From IMG/VR virus record IMGVR_UViG_3300042317_001691, positions 1 through 64,000 of that record: DNA of 64,000 nucleotides, one strand, 5' to 3'. This document shows positions 17,893-27,536 of the stretch, piece by piece. The number at the start of each line of letters is the position of its first letter. Within the stretch, counting starts at the first letter, position 1. The notes beneath the pieces were generated by a model. It saw only the letters and a list, made by a program, of their open reading frames with translations. It had not been told where the DNA came from and did no database searches. The position numbers and the translations under genes are program-made. Origin of the DNA: a virus (lineage: Duplodnaviria > Caudoviricetes).

Positions 17893-20786
17893 GCGAAGCT
17901 CTCTCTAGAATTTTTAAATTATTTTTACATATGGCAAATATTTATCCCAACATTGAAATTAATTTCCCTTATCCCGACTTCTACAATGATGCATGGACTA
18001 ATTCAAAATCATTTATATTAAATGTAAATGGTGTTAATAAATCTTATTGTTATATTAAGCAAGATGTTTCACCTTCTATTACTGACTCGCAACTAGCAAC
18101 AGAAATAACTAAAATTTTGCAATCGAAGGGAATTGCAAATGACTTAAGTTTTTTAGAAGATTTTTACCCTTTTAAGGGAGCAGCAAATTATAATGGAAGA
18201 TTAGACATTTATTATTTGGGCCAGAATGCTCTTACAAATATTCCAAGAAATGAAACAAATGTCTTTGCAAATGATGCTGGTTTAAAAATAAGAATCCCTC
18301 CACCTAAAGTTGATAAAAGTGGAAAAGTAATAAGAAGGTTTGTTAAAGTTACAAGATTGTCTCACGAAACTCTATCTCCTTTAATTTCTAAAAGTGTCTC
18401 TTTGCAAAAAGTCACGGAAATTATACAACAAAATTTTTCATATCCATTGTCGTCCATAGTAGGAATGAAATTGGATTCAAGAAGCTTCTCTCAAATTCCC
18501 AGTAGAACATTTGAATGTAAATTAAAAAAAGTATTAGTGCCCTCTAATTATTTTCCTTTAAATGATAAAGATGAAGATCATAGATATTTAATGTCAAGTG
18601 TTAACAAAGCTGTAATTTACGCGGGAGATTGGGATGGAACATTTAAATTTGCTTGGACCAACAATCCAGCATGGATAATAATGGACATGCTTGTTAATAA
18701 AAGATATGGTTTGGGCAACTATATAGAGTCTGAACAAGTGGATATTTGGGAACTTTATAAAATAGCAAGATGGTGTGATGCAGTTGACGAAAATGGTATT
18801 TTTAAAGGCGTGCCTAATGGGTTAGGAGGTATTGAACCGAGACACGCCTTTAATGCAGTAATACAAGAAAAATTTAATATTTTTGACATGATTAATCAAA
18901 TTGCTTCTGTTTTCAAAGGAAATGTTTATTACATGAATTCCTTAATTACGTTCAGTGCGGAAATGCCAAAACCACCAGTTGGAGAATTTACAAATTCTGA
19001 CGTAAAAGATGGACTATTTAATTATACAAATCTTAAAAAAGATGAAGAATTTACGGCTGTTGATGTAGCTTTTGTTGATGAAAAAAATAATTATAAGCCA
19101 GCGATTGAATACGTTGAAGATTCAGATGGAATTAGAAAAAGGGGAATATTAAAAAAAGAAGTAAATGCTTTTGGCGTGACCTCTAGGGCTCAAGCCAAAA
19201 GAGTTGGTAAGCACTTTTTACATCATACCGCAAAAGAAAATTTAAATGTAAATTTTACAACTGATATGAGAGCTTTGCTATACAAACCTGGAGATATTAT
19301 AAGAATACACGACGAACTTTTAAGTTCGTATAAAAATTACGGAAAAATACTGAGCATTGAAAATGTAGTTGGTGCTGACGCCTTATTTAAAATAACCATA
19401 GATAAGCATATTGAATCGGGAATTTATGATACTGGTTCAATAACTTTATATACGCCCTTAGCAAAGCCAAAATATGAAGACATGGCTTCGTATTCAGAAT
19501 TCGTTCCAACTTCAGTAAATTTGGTGACGAATAATTCTCCAATTGGAAATATTTTAACAAAATTTATTACTGACGATGACCCATCTTTAAGTGCTGTAAG
19601 CGTACCAAGTTTAACATTAACTCCATATAGATCAAATCCAAATAATTGGAGTTTTTCTGGTAAATTTAAACAGCAATTTACTCAACCTCCATCAACTACT
19701 CCTATAGATAAATTAATTAATATTTATTCTTTTTATAAAGAAGGTGATTTATATGGGATTCCATCTCAACACGGACATTGGGAAATAAAAACTGGCGATT
19801 ACGAAATTGACTCTCTCTCCACTTATAGTGGAAGAAGAATTATTTTAGATTCTGTTCTAAATGAAGAAATAAAAATTCAATCTCCACATAAGAAATACTT
19901 TTTTGAATATTTTGACAGTGGAAGATTTGTAAATCTATCTGGAACTGGAATTGGTGGAACTCTAATATATACTGGATATTATTTTAATCCCGAATCTAAT
20001 GCACAATATATAAAATTTAATACGGTTGAATATAAAAAACCAGAAATTGCATATTCAAGAATTTTAGAAAATGATAGGCCTTCTATTGAGTCTTTTCTAA
20101 TTTCTGAATATTTAAACTCTGGACATACTGGAGAGAATGGAGTTTTATTGAATAAATATTCAGAAGTTAAAGTTTTTAAAAAACGAGAAGTTCCAAACGT
20201 ATTAGACTTTTTTGCAACTGGATCGGCATACTCAATTAATATTTTAAATAAAAATGTTCCAAATTTCAGAATTCTTTCTATAACTGAAAATTATATAAAT
20301 GAATATGATATATTTGCGACTCAATTTGATCAAAATAAATTTGCAGAAATAGAAGAGTCTCAAGTTGACAATTTAGAAGATACGTTTAATGCTTTATATG
20401 GTTATACTTCAGCAAAATCTTTAAGTGTTGACGATTTATTAAAAACTCCAATTTTGCAACCAATTCAAATTTTTGAATTTGAATCAAATAAATATTTAAA
20501 TATAACTTGGAATTTAGATACAAATGACATTTCGTCTTTATCTTATTTAAGATTTAAAATATCAATTCAAACCCCATCCAGACAAACTTCAAATTTTGAA
20601 ATAGATAATTTAACCTTTGATCAAACCTATGATAAAAATTCAAATTTATTTGTTTACAATGCGTTTAAAGTAGCAAGAGAAGAAGTAGGAACTTATATTG
20701 TGCAAGTTCAAACTTTTTATGATGAAGCGGGCATGTACAAATTTTCTACACCAGCAAAGAGAAGTTTCTACTATTTGAATTATTAA
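17859..20786 (+). CDS. Tip attachment protein J-like, C-terminal part (own ATG possible at 17931)
   Basis: SYPLSSIVGMKLDSRSFSQIPSR, WDGTFKFAWTNNPAWI, DIWELYKIARWCD and FGVTSRAQAKRVG are gpJ core motifs. Confidence 0.88.
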   Translation: MDRRCANLGSIGEALSRIFKLFLHMANIYPNIEINFPYPDFYNDAWTNSKSFILNVNGVNKSYCYIKQDVSPSITDSQLATEITKILQSKGIANDLSFLEDFYPFKGAANYNGRLDIYYLGQNALTNIPRNETNVFANDAGLKIRIPPPKVDKSGKVIRRFVKVTRLSHETLSPLISKSVSLQKVTEIIQQNFSYPLSSIVGMKLDSRSFSQIPSRTFECKLKKVLVPSNYFPLNDKDEDHRYLMSSVNKAVIYAGDWDGTFKFAWTNNPAWIIMDMLVNKRYGLGNYIESEQVDIWELYKIARWCDAVDENGIFKGVPNGLGGIEPRHAFNAVIQEKFNIFDMINQIASVFKGNVYYMNSLITFSAEMPKPPVGEFTNSDVKDGLFNYTNLKKDEEFTAVDVAFVDEKNNYKPAIEYVEDSDGIRKRGILKKEVNAFGVTSRAQAKRVGKHFLHHTAKENLNVNFTTDMRALLYKPGDIIRIHDELLSSYKNYGKILSIENVVGADALFKITIDKHIESGIYDTGSITLYTPLAKPKYEDMASYSEFVPTSVNLVTNNSPIGNILTKFITDDDPSLSAVSVPSLTLTPYRSNPNNWSFSGKFKQQFTQPPSTTPIDKLINIYSFYKEGDLYGIPSQHGHWEIKTGDYEIDSLSTYSGRRIILDSVLNEEIKIQSPHKKYFFEYFDSGRFVNLSGTGIGGTLIYTGYYFNPESNAQYIKFNTVEYKKPEIAYSRILENDRPSIESFLISEYLNSGHTGENGVLLNKYSEVKVFKKREVPNVLDFFATGSAYSINILNKNVPNFRILSITENYINEYDIFATQFDQNKFAEIEESQVDNLEDTFNALYGYTSAKSLSVDDLLKTPILQPIQIFEFESNKYLNITWNLDTNDISSLSYLRFKISIQTPSRQTSNFEIDNLTFDQTYDKNSNLFVYNAFKVAREEVGTYIVQVQTFYDEAGMYKFSTPAKRSFYYLNY

Positions 20787-21253
20787 AGTTTTTTTACAAA
20801 AACCTCAGAATCTTTTTCGAAGCCAATTGCTTTATAAAACTTCTTTATCTTTTCTGAAAGAGGATGTCTCTCAACGGCATTCATAAAAATATATTCGCAT
20901 TTTTGAGATTTGGCAAAATTGACCGCTTCTTTGTACAAGAGTAATCCCACGGAAGAATTTTTAGAAAGCCAAAGATATTCATCCATTATTTTCTTGCCAA
21001 ATTTTTCAGATTTTCTAGTTATGCCAATAAATATTGAGTCCCACTTTTCGCCATTAAAGTAGGCCCAAACATGTATGTTCCAAATTAAAAGAGATTCATG
21101 CGATATAGATTCAGCTATTAAATCTACATCGTGTTTTAAATTTAAAGCGTGTCCATAAATTTCGTTATCGTTAACGTGAAAAGAATGAACGTCTTCAAAA
21201 ACTTTTTTTAATTCTTCGGTATTGATTATTTTTTTGACAAAGGATTTTGACAT
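20783..21253 (-). CDS. GNAT-fold acetyltransferase-like protein
   Basis: VGLLLYKEAVNFAK...KKFYKAIGF resembles the GNAT C-terminal motifs. Confidence 0.55.
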   Translation of the reverse strand: MSKSFVKKIINTEELKKVFEDVHSFHVNDNEIYGHALNLKHDVDLIAESISHESLLIWNIHVWAYFNGEKWDSIFIGITRKSEKFGKKIMDEYLWLSKNSSVGLLLYKEAVNFAKSQKCEYIFMNAVERHPLSEKIKKFYKAIGFEKDSEVFVKKL

Positions 21254-21254
21254 A

Positions 21255-21956
21255 CTATTTAATAAGAGATATTAATTTCCTACATTCTTTAGCTGGAATA
21301 TCTTTAAATGAAGCCCAAGATTTTGCATCTTCATTCTGATAAACTTCTTCCGTCCAAAGTTTTCTTAGAAGATTTTTAAACTCATCAAAGTCTTGGCATC
21401 TAGCTTTTTCTTTTGCTATTCTTTTTAAGATCCCGTGCGGAGTGATGTCAGATACTACTTGTTCAGTATTTTCATACTGAGAGACTTTATTTCGAGACTT
21501 GTCAATCTCCTCGTCTCCAACAATGTGAATATTTAAAAAGTTTCTAACGCATCGAACAAAAGCTCGATTCGTGGCAATTGTTTCTAAAAATTTAGCACAA
21601 AAATCATCAGTGTTTTGCAAAGTTGCATTTGCAATATCCTCAAAATAAATCTCACTTTCAAAAGATGATTCTCTCCACTGAATTCCACACTTAACGACTA
21701 CATAATCTTTTTCAGACTTTACTACTTCGTATCTTACTGATTTATATCCACGAAGCTTTGCGAGTTCTTTGATGCCTCCTAATTTAATTAAGAGTTGGTT
21801 ATCTGCCAAACCTTCAATGGAATCTGGAATAGTTTGATTTCTTCTTTCAAACCAATCTTTATTGGGATAAAGATGTTCCGATTTGATCATTGCTCTCCAA
21901 TTGATCGTTCCGTCCTCGTTCAACTTGAATTTCGTTTGCTCTTCCTGTTTGTTCAT
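21255..21956 (-). CDS. Putative Rad52/Erf-like single-strand annealing protein
   Basis: Likely start MNKQ at 21956; ETIATNRAFVRCVRNFLNI..DEE resembles the annealase helix; weak family call. Confidence 0.45.
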   Translation of the reverse strand: MNKQEEQTKFKLNEDGTINWRAMIKSEHLYPNKDWFERRNQTIPDSIEGLADNQLLIKLGGIKELAKLRGYKSVRYEVVKSEKDYVVVKCGIQWRESSFESEIYFEDIANATLQNTDDFCAKFLETIATNRAFVRCVRNFLNIHIVGDEEIDKSRNKVSQYENTEQVVSDITPHGILKRIAKEKARCQDFDEFKNLLRKLWTEEVYQNEDAKSWASFKDIPAKECRKLISLIK

Positions 21957-23097
21957 AGAAATAAAAATGTTCTGCATCTTTCCAGAATGCATCATCATCA
22001 TAGATGACTTCATTATTAGTGTCAAGCTGTTTGTTCGATTTAACGTGAGCTTCGCTAGCAAAAATTTTACCTTCTGAAATAAGAAACTTATTGGTCAAAA
22101 ATTTTGAATTTATTTTTTCCGTTCTCGAAATTCTTTCCTGCAGGTCATCATGTTCAACTTTAAAATCAAAATATTTATTTCTTAATTCTGAAAGCTTTTC
22201 TTTGTTTTGAGTGCATAAAACAAAATTAATTTTAAATTTCTTAAGCTCTTCGAAATATTCGTTTTCAATTTCTATGTCATCAATCTTAAAGAAAACTTGT
22301 TCTATATTTTTTTGAAATTGTCCAAGCAGAGCAATTGGTAGTTTTTGATTTACAATGATTTTTACTTTATAGTTGTGACACCAAAAAGCAATAATTTGAT
22401 CATCATAATGTAAGTCGCCTCTGATATACAATGTTTTATTTTTTTGATCTTCAAGATTTGCTCTAAAGTTTGGAATCACTTCGAAAATAGGAACATGATA
22501 ATGGCTTCCTATTTTTAAAGTTTTAAAATTAACAGTCTCATCGATCTTGAGTAATTTTAGAGCCGAATTTACTATATCTTCTGGCTTAATTGTTCTTATT
22601 GTTTTAGGGCTTTCTTGATACGAAAAAGACGGCTTATTTCCTTTTTTATCTGACTCTAATAAAATCGTATTCTCTGAGGACGACCAGTACGGATACGCAT
22701 TAGATGGGTAAATATGGGAGTATAAGGCCACAATAGGAGTATTGTAATTGCTAGCCATGTGAATCGGCAAGCTATCTATTCCTATGTGTAAACTAGATTT
22801 CTTTAATAAATAAGCTGACTGCTTATATGTTAAATTCAAAAATCTTCCATCTGTATTTTCTAATACTGGGTCTTGAGGTCCGCCAATTTGATATATTTCA
22901 TATCCATGTTTTTGCAAAATTGGCTTCAACAGATTTACTACCTGTGGAAAATATTCATAAGCTTTTGAATCAATTTTATTATCAGAATGAATTGTCACGT
23001 ATTTTTCCGCTAAAACTGGATAAAAATGATCTACAATAACTGGCTTGCCGATTTTTACGCCCAAAGATTTTGCGTATTCCTCTATAAGATGTCCCAT
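21859..23097 (-). CDS. GT9 (heptosyltransferase)-like glycosyltransferase
   Basis: YVTIH...YQIGG...HIGIDSLPIHMAS..PIVALY. Confidence 0.7.
   Translation of the reverse strand: MGHLIEEYAKSLGVKIGKPVIVDHFYPVLAEKYVTIHSDNKIDSKAYEYFPQVVNLLKPILQKHGYEIYQIGGPQDPVLENTDGRFLNLTYKQSAYLLKKSSLHIGIDSLPIHMASNYNTPIVALYSHIYPSNAYPYWSSSENTILLESDKKGNKPSFSYQESPKTIRTIKPEDIVNSALKLLKIDETVNFKTLKIGSHYHVPIFEVIPNFRANLEDQKNKTLYIRGDLHYDDQIIAFWCHNYKVKIIVNQKLPIALLGQFQKNIEQVFFKIDDIEIENEYFEELKKFKINFVLCTQNKEKLSELRNKYFDFKVEHDDLQERISRTEKINSKFLTNKFLISEGKIFASEAHVKSNKQLDTNNEVIYDDDAFWKDAEHFYFYEQTGRANEIQVERGRNDQLESNDQIGTSLSQ
21997..22025 (-). promoter_or_regulatory. sigma70-like promoter internal to the upstream CDS
   Basis: TTGACA-N17-TATGAT. 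Confidence 0.6.
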
Positions 23098-23098
23098 A

Positions 23099-25003
23099 TT
23101 ATTTTAATGAAAATTGAAGTTTGTCTTTTCCGTTATGTTGATAACCAAATAGTTTTTGGGTAGTGATGTGCGGCAAGAATGCAACTTCAAAAAATCCCTT
23201 ATGTGCTGACTGACCCTCTAAAAATAATAAATTGTCGCACATTGGACTATACTGCACACATTTATGAACCGCTGGATTGTCTCTAATTAGATCAAAGAAT
23301 TTAGGATCTGTAAAAATGTACAGATTGTATTCTGGATATAATTGTTTTAAATTCTCAAGAAGAGCATTGACTAAAAAGACATCTCCGCCAGATTGAGGAA
23401 TGACTACTGCCATTCTCTTGCCCGCGTCGTCTTTATCCAAAAGATCTTCAAAGTCAATTGTTTTTGGTTTATTTAATTTTTGTTTGGCTTGTTCGATTAT
23501 GTGATTAAAAACCTGTTCTTTTGAAATTCCAAATTTTAATTGATTGCATAAGTCAATGCAACTGGCGTGATTTTTATCAATCTTTTCATTTAAAATATTT
23601 TCGTAAAGATCAATAATAAACTCTTCATTGTCTTGAATTTGTGGAAACTTATAATTTGGATTAACTTGTTTTTCCTCAAAAGTTAAATTGGAATAATCAA
23701 TTTCTGGCATTTCGTCAAAAATTTTCTCAAGCTTTGAACCGATTGATTCTACTGAAAAGTTTTCTATTGTCCAATCTCTTGCGAGTTTGCCAAGTTTTGC
23801 TCTTTTATCTGGATGTAGGAAAAATACGTCAGTTAATTTTTCACAAATGCTCTTGGGCAAAGTGGACGCTTTAATAAATTGGGTTCCAGGTTCTCTGTAC
23901 TCAACCCACTCTAATGGCATTCCACCGCTTTCTAAAGTACAAGTATCTTCGCCACAAGAGTAATTTGTAACCAATGTAATTAGCTCTGCTAATTTAGCTT
24001 CTTGAATTGGAATCTCTTGTCCTCCACTAGTGAAGGGATGGCAATAAACATCCATTAAATTATAAATTTCATTTAACTGCTTGTCTGAGACTCCAGCTCC
24101 AACATTTGTTGTTATTTGGCTATTTGAAGTTCCACAGAACTTACAAGGAATATTTTGCTTTGTAAAGGGCTTGACTTCATATTCAGAACAAGCGTGGCAA
24201 AAATAAGTGGTATATACTAATTCATTTGGTATGCCCTTTTCTCTCAAAAGTCTTGGAATGTCCCAACCTTCGGACCAATGCGTGTGAAGCAATAATTTTG
24301 CATTAGCTTGTGGAGTTTGAATTCTAAACTCATTAAATCCATCCAATAGATTTGGAACAGATTTTCTTAATTGATTTCTAAAAACGAAACCAGTCACAAA
24401 TGAATCTGTCAAATTAAATTTTTCTTTTAATTTTTGTTTCTCTGAAGCTTCTAGCTTAAAAAATTTAGAAGTATCCAAGCATCCACGCAAAGTCTTAACG
24501 TGATCATAGCCTAGCTGCTTCATTGCTTTTTCAGCAAAAGAAGCCCATACATAATAATTTTTAATTTTGGGCGCGGCATTAATTGCATCTGGTAAGATGG
24601 GCAAACTGTCAAGAGTTGTCCAAATCATCGAATTAATTTTGTCCCACCAAGGCTTGTCCCAATATCCTAAAAAGCCCCAAATATCTTCTGTTCCAACATA
24701 AATATCTGGTTTTTCCAAATTAATGAGTTCGTCAATCATTCCAGCTCCATAACCAAGAGATCTTTCAATGTTTGGGTCTTGAGCTTTAAGCCTTTCAGCT
24801 TTTTCGTGCGGGGGAAAAGTACCATAACTTTTCCAAGGCTGTCTTTTTGTTTCTTCTGACTGAAAGGGAATTCCATTCGCAGCTTCAACAATGTCGTACT
24901 TGCCAGTCTGAAATAGATATCTTAGAATATTTTTTGTATTCTTTCCAAATCCAGTAAAAGCTCTGGAATAATTTGAATGAAATAAAATTTTCTTTTTCTT
25001 CAT
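23099..25003 (-). CDS. GT4-like glycosyltransferase with a GT9-like C-terminal segment
   Basis: TGFG start, RNQLRKSVP, DVYCHPFTSGGQEIPIQEA; C-terminal GGDVFLVNALL. Confidence 0.78.
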   Translation of the reverse strand: MKKKKILFHSNYSRAFTGFGKNTKNILRYLFQTGKYDIVEAANGIPFQSEETKRQPWKSYGTFPPHEKAERLKAQDPNIERSLGYGAGMIDELINLEKPDIYVGTEDIWGFLGYWDKPWWDKINSMIWTTLDSLPILPDAINAAPKIKNYYVWASFAEKAMKQLGYDHVKTLRGCLDTSKFFKLEASEKQKLKEKFNLTDSFVTGFVFRNQLRKSVPNLLDGFNEFRIQTPQANAKLLLHTHWSEGWDIPRLLREKGIPNELVYTTYFCHACSEYEVKPFTKQNIPCKFCGTSNSQITTNVGAGVSDKQLNEIYNLMDVYCHPFTSGGQEIPIQEAKLAELITLVTNYSCGEDTCTLESGGMPLEWVEYREPGTQFIKASTLPKSICEKLTDVFFLHPDKRAKLGKLARDWTIENFSVESIGSKLEKIFDEMPEIDYSNLTFEEKQVNPNYKFPQIQDNEEFIIDLYENILNEKIDKNHASCIDLCNQLKFGISKEQVFNHIIEQAKQKLNKPKTIDFEDLLDKDDAGKRMAVVIPQSGGDVFLVNALLENLKQLYPEYNLYIFTDPKFFDLIRDNPAVHKCVQYSPMCDNLLFLEGQSAHKGFFEVAFLPHITTQKLFGYQHNGKDKLQFSLK

Positions 25004-25004
25004 T

Positions 25005-25466
25005 TTAGTTTGTAGATTTTTCTACAGAGAAAATTTGAGATAAGCAAAATTTAATAAATTCAGATAAAGCTTCAGCTTCGGCTAGTTCAATTCCAATGCC
25101 AAATTTTTGATTTCCATTTCTTGAGATTGAAAAGGAGAATGCCTCAGATCCATCTTTCTTGCTGTATGGTTTAAAAGAAATTTGTGTTTTATTTTCTTCG
25201 AAAGAGTGAAAAGCGGAAAATTCTGTATAAACTCTGATTGCTCGCAGCAAACCTCCTAATTCATTTACGTTTAGTTTAATGTTAGCCGTCTTTTCTGGAT
25301 TTTTTGCATTTTCGGAGAAAGATCCAGTTTTTGTATTTTCGTTCCAAGAGCCCTGCTGGATTGCGCTAACGTATACGGCCTTTTCCCCGTTTTTACCTTG
25401 TCCCAATTTGAATTGAAAAGCGCATCCAGTTACCTTTGGATTAGGTTTATATAGACTAAAATTCAT
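25005..25466 (-). CDS. Hypothetical protein, possibly PC4/Whirly-like ssDNA-binding fold
   Basis: Repeated beta-rich unit followed by a helix (IKLNVNELGGLL; IELAEAEALSEF); weak. Confidence 0.4.
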   Translation of the reverse strand: MNFSLYKPNPKVTGCAFQFKLGQGKNGEKAVYVSAIQQGSWNENTKTGSFSENAKNPEKTANIKLNVNELGGLLRAIRVYTEFSAFHSFEENKTQISFKPYSKKDGSEAFSFSISRNGNQKFGIGIELAEAEALSEFIKFCLSQIFSVEKSTN

Positions 25467-25519
25467 ACTAGATTATAATTAAATACTACTGTCTTTCTAA
25501 AAGTGTAAGAAATAAATAT

Positions 25520-25765
25520 ATGGCGGAAAATTATATAAATTCAGTAAAAATTTTTGGATATACTGGAAATTTAACGGGAACCGTGCAATGCATACCAGGT
25601 GCCTCATTTTTACATGGCGTTTACAATGCAGCGAATAACGCTGCCGCAAGCGTTAAAGTAGATTCGTACAGTATATATATAAGTGCAGGAAGAGTCGAAT
25701 TTCCAGTGCCAGTGTCGTTCCAATGTTTTTCTGGCGGTTTACCATATACATTAATTTATAGTTAA
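25520..25765 (+). CDS. Small beta-rich protein, paralog 1
   Basis: GASFLHGVY...FPVPVS; GTGTAA motif 11 nt upstream. Confidence 0.7.
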   Translation: MAENYINSVKIFGYTGNLTGTVQCIPGASFLHGVYNAANNAAASVKVDSYSIYISAGRVEFPVPVSFQCFSGGLPYTLIYS

Positions 25766-25766
25766 A

Positions 25767-26006
25767 ATGCATAAAACTTATTTAAAAACATCAAAAAGTT
25801 TATCTTTGGTTGGCGGAGCGGCTTCAGTTACTTTGCCAAATGGTAGTTTTTTGCACGCTGTTTACGCCTCTGGAAATACAAATAGTTTAGTTACGTTGGA
25901 TGATAAATTTATCTTTTTTGGGAGTGCCCAGCCAATTCAATTCACAGTCCCTGTTCCAGTTTCATTGATAAAATCAAGTTCGAATGTAACTATTATTTAT
26001 ACTTAA
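25767..26006 (+). CDS. Small beta-rich protein, paralog 2
   Basis: NGSFLHAVY...FTVPVPVS, similar to the previous ORF. Confidence 0.7.
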   Translation: MHKTYLKTSKSLSLVGGAASVTLPNGSFLHAVYASGNTNSLVTLDDKFIFFGSAQPIQFTVPVPVSLIKSSSNVTIIYT

Positions 26007-26007
26007 G

Positions 26008-26487
26008 ATGCCAAATCCCGTTTACAAATCATCAGACGTTTATCACGGAAAAGCTAATCCGCAGTTCTCCTATATTTACGATGGAGATACGGCGGAATGG
26101 CGACCAATGACGCCTGCCGATTTGGCTGGGCTAGGCGACAGTTCATTATTAAAACCTCCAACCAGTTCTGGTTATAGAAACATTAACTTATCTGGAGATC
26201 CTCAAGTCGTAAGTCAAACAGCTACGAAATTAGTGGGTTTCTTTTTTGATAATAGTTTTAATGATGAACCATTATTTATTCAATTTTATAGTTACCCTTA
26301 TAATCCAGCTAGTCCGATTTTGACATATCCAATATATGCCAACTCTGCTCTTGATCAAATGTTTCCATATTCAATTCAACAATTTGAAGGAATTGTTGTA
26401 AAGGTATCAGAAGATAGAGAGGGAATTTATCCTTGGGGCGGCAACGGCGGAACTGGCTTAATGACCAATGTTTATTATCGAGCGTAA
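26008..26487 (+). CDS. Hypothetical protein (putative virion component)
   Basis: ORF in a tightly packed + strand run. Confidence 0.65.
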   Translation: MPNPVYKSSDVYHGKANPQFSYIYDGDTAEWRPMTPADLAGLGDSSLLKPPTSSGYRNINLSGDPQVVSQTATKLVGFFFDNSFNDEPLFIQFYSYPYNPASPILTYPIYANSALDQMFPYSIQQFEGIVVKVSEDREGIYPWGGNGGTGLMTNVYYRA

Positions 26488-26489
26488 AT

Positions 26490-27194
26490 ATGGGTCTATA
26501 CAAAAGAATATCTAGAGTAAACTTAACAGGATTCCCTGTTTTTGGCATAAATCCACATGCACAAAACAGCGGAGAAATGATTTTATCAAATAGTTATTAC
26601 CCTTCTGGGGCGACACAATTTTCTTATTTTGTTTGTTCTAGAGATACTGAGGGGGTTGATTTTAACGGAAATCAAGGGTGCTGTATTGGATGCTTTGACA
26701 TTAAATTGCGAAAAAATTATACAAATCAAGCTTGGTTAATTAAAAGCTCTTTAATTGGAATAGGCCAACATTGGAATGGAAATACAGATCAACATTACTC
26801 GGTAGATTCTTCCATGTTCGTTTATTCAGATTTTGAAAATACTTATAACGTAAGCGGTCCATTTACCACTACTTACAGCAAAAGCCAACTTTCTTTTTCT
26901 GTTGACGCTCAAACGGGAGTTAGTGGAGTAATATTTAGAGTTCATGATTCTCCCGTGACTAAAATGAAATGGACAAATAAAATTGAAGTTGTTCAATCAA
27001 TATATGAAGAAGAAATTAATTTATTGACTACACAACAGCAAATAGAAAATTTTCTTTCAACAGCCATAAGTCCTCAAAGCGCAGCTACAGAAATTCAAGT
27101 TTTGAATTTAGAAAATCAAATTCCAGAAATAAATGCAAGCGAAGACCCTGGAACAGATCCAGTTGATATATTTGATGGAGGCGAAGATGTTTAA
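26490..27194 (+). CDS. Hypothetical protein (putative virion component) with acidic tail
   Basis: Likely start MGLYKR at 26490. Confidence 0.65.
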   Translation: MGLYKRISRVNLTGFPVFGINPHAQNSGEMILSNSYYPSGATQFSYFVCSRDTEGVDFNGNQGCCIGCFDIKLRKNYTNQAWLIKSSLIGIGQHWNGNTDQHYSVDSSMFVYSDFENTYNVSGPFTTTYSKSQLSFSVDAQTGVSGVIFRVHDSPVTKMKWTNKIEVVQSIYEEEINLLTTQQQIENFLSTAISPQSAATEIQVLNLENQIPEINASEDPGTDPVDIFDGGEDV

Positions 27195-27223
27195 TTTTTT
27201 ATTTTTAATTTTATAATATAGAT

Positions 27224-27469
27224 ATGCAATTCGAACTTCAATCTCCTAAAACTATTACCATCCGTCCAGCAGAAACTGTTGAACTTTCTACAGTTTCTAT
27301 CGAAAGAGTTCTAGACGATCCAGTCCATCAAAAAGTTATTGTTTGGCTACGTGGACTTCAGCATCCTGTAGAATTGGGCTCGCTATCTGGTGAAAATTAC
27401 GATAATCCTCAGTGGACAAATGAAAGCTTACTTCAAGCTGTAACAGATTTCGTTTCAACTTTGTCTTAA
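27224..27469 (+). CDS. Hypothetical protein
   Basis: ORF followed by a terminator. Confidence 0.7.
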   Translation: MQFELQSPKTITIRPAETVELSTVSIERVLDDPVHQKVIVWLRGLQHPVELGSLSGENYDNPQWTNESLLQAVTDFVSTLS

Positions 27470-27490
27470 AAGTATTTAAAATAGAAAACG

Positions 27491-27522
27491 AAAAAGCCCC
27501 GCAAAAGCGGGGCTTTTTTTTT
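27491..27522. terminator. Bidirectional intrinsic terminator
   Basis: AAAAA-GCCCCGC-AAAA-GCGGGGC-T9 between convergent genes. Confidence 0.88.
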
Positions 27523-27536
27523 GTTTGAAATGCCTA

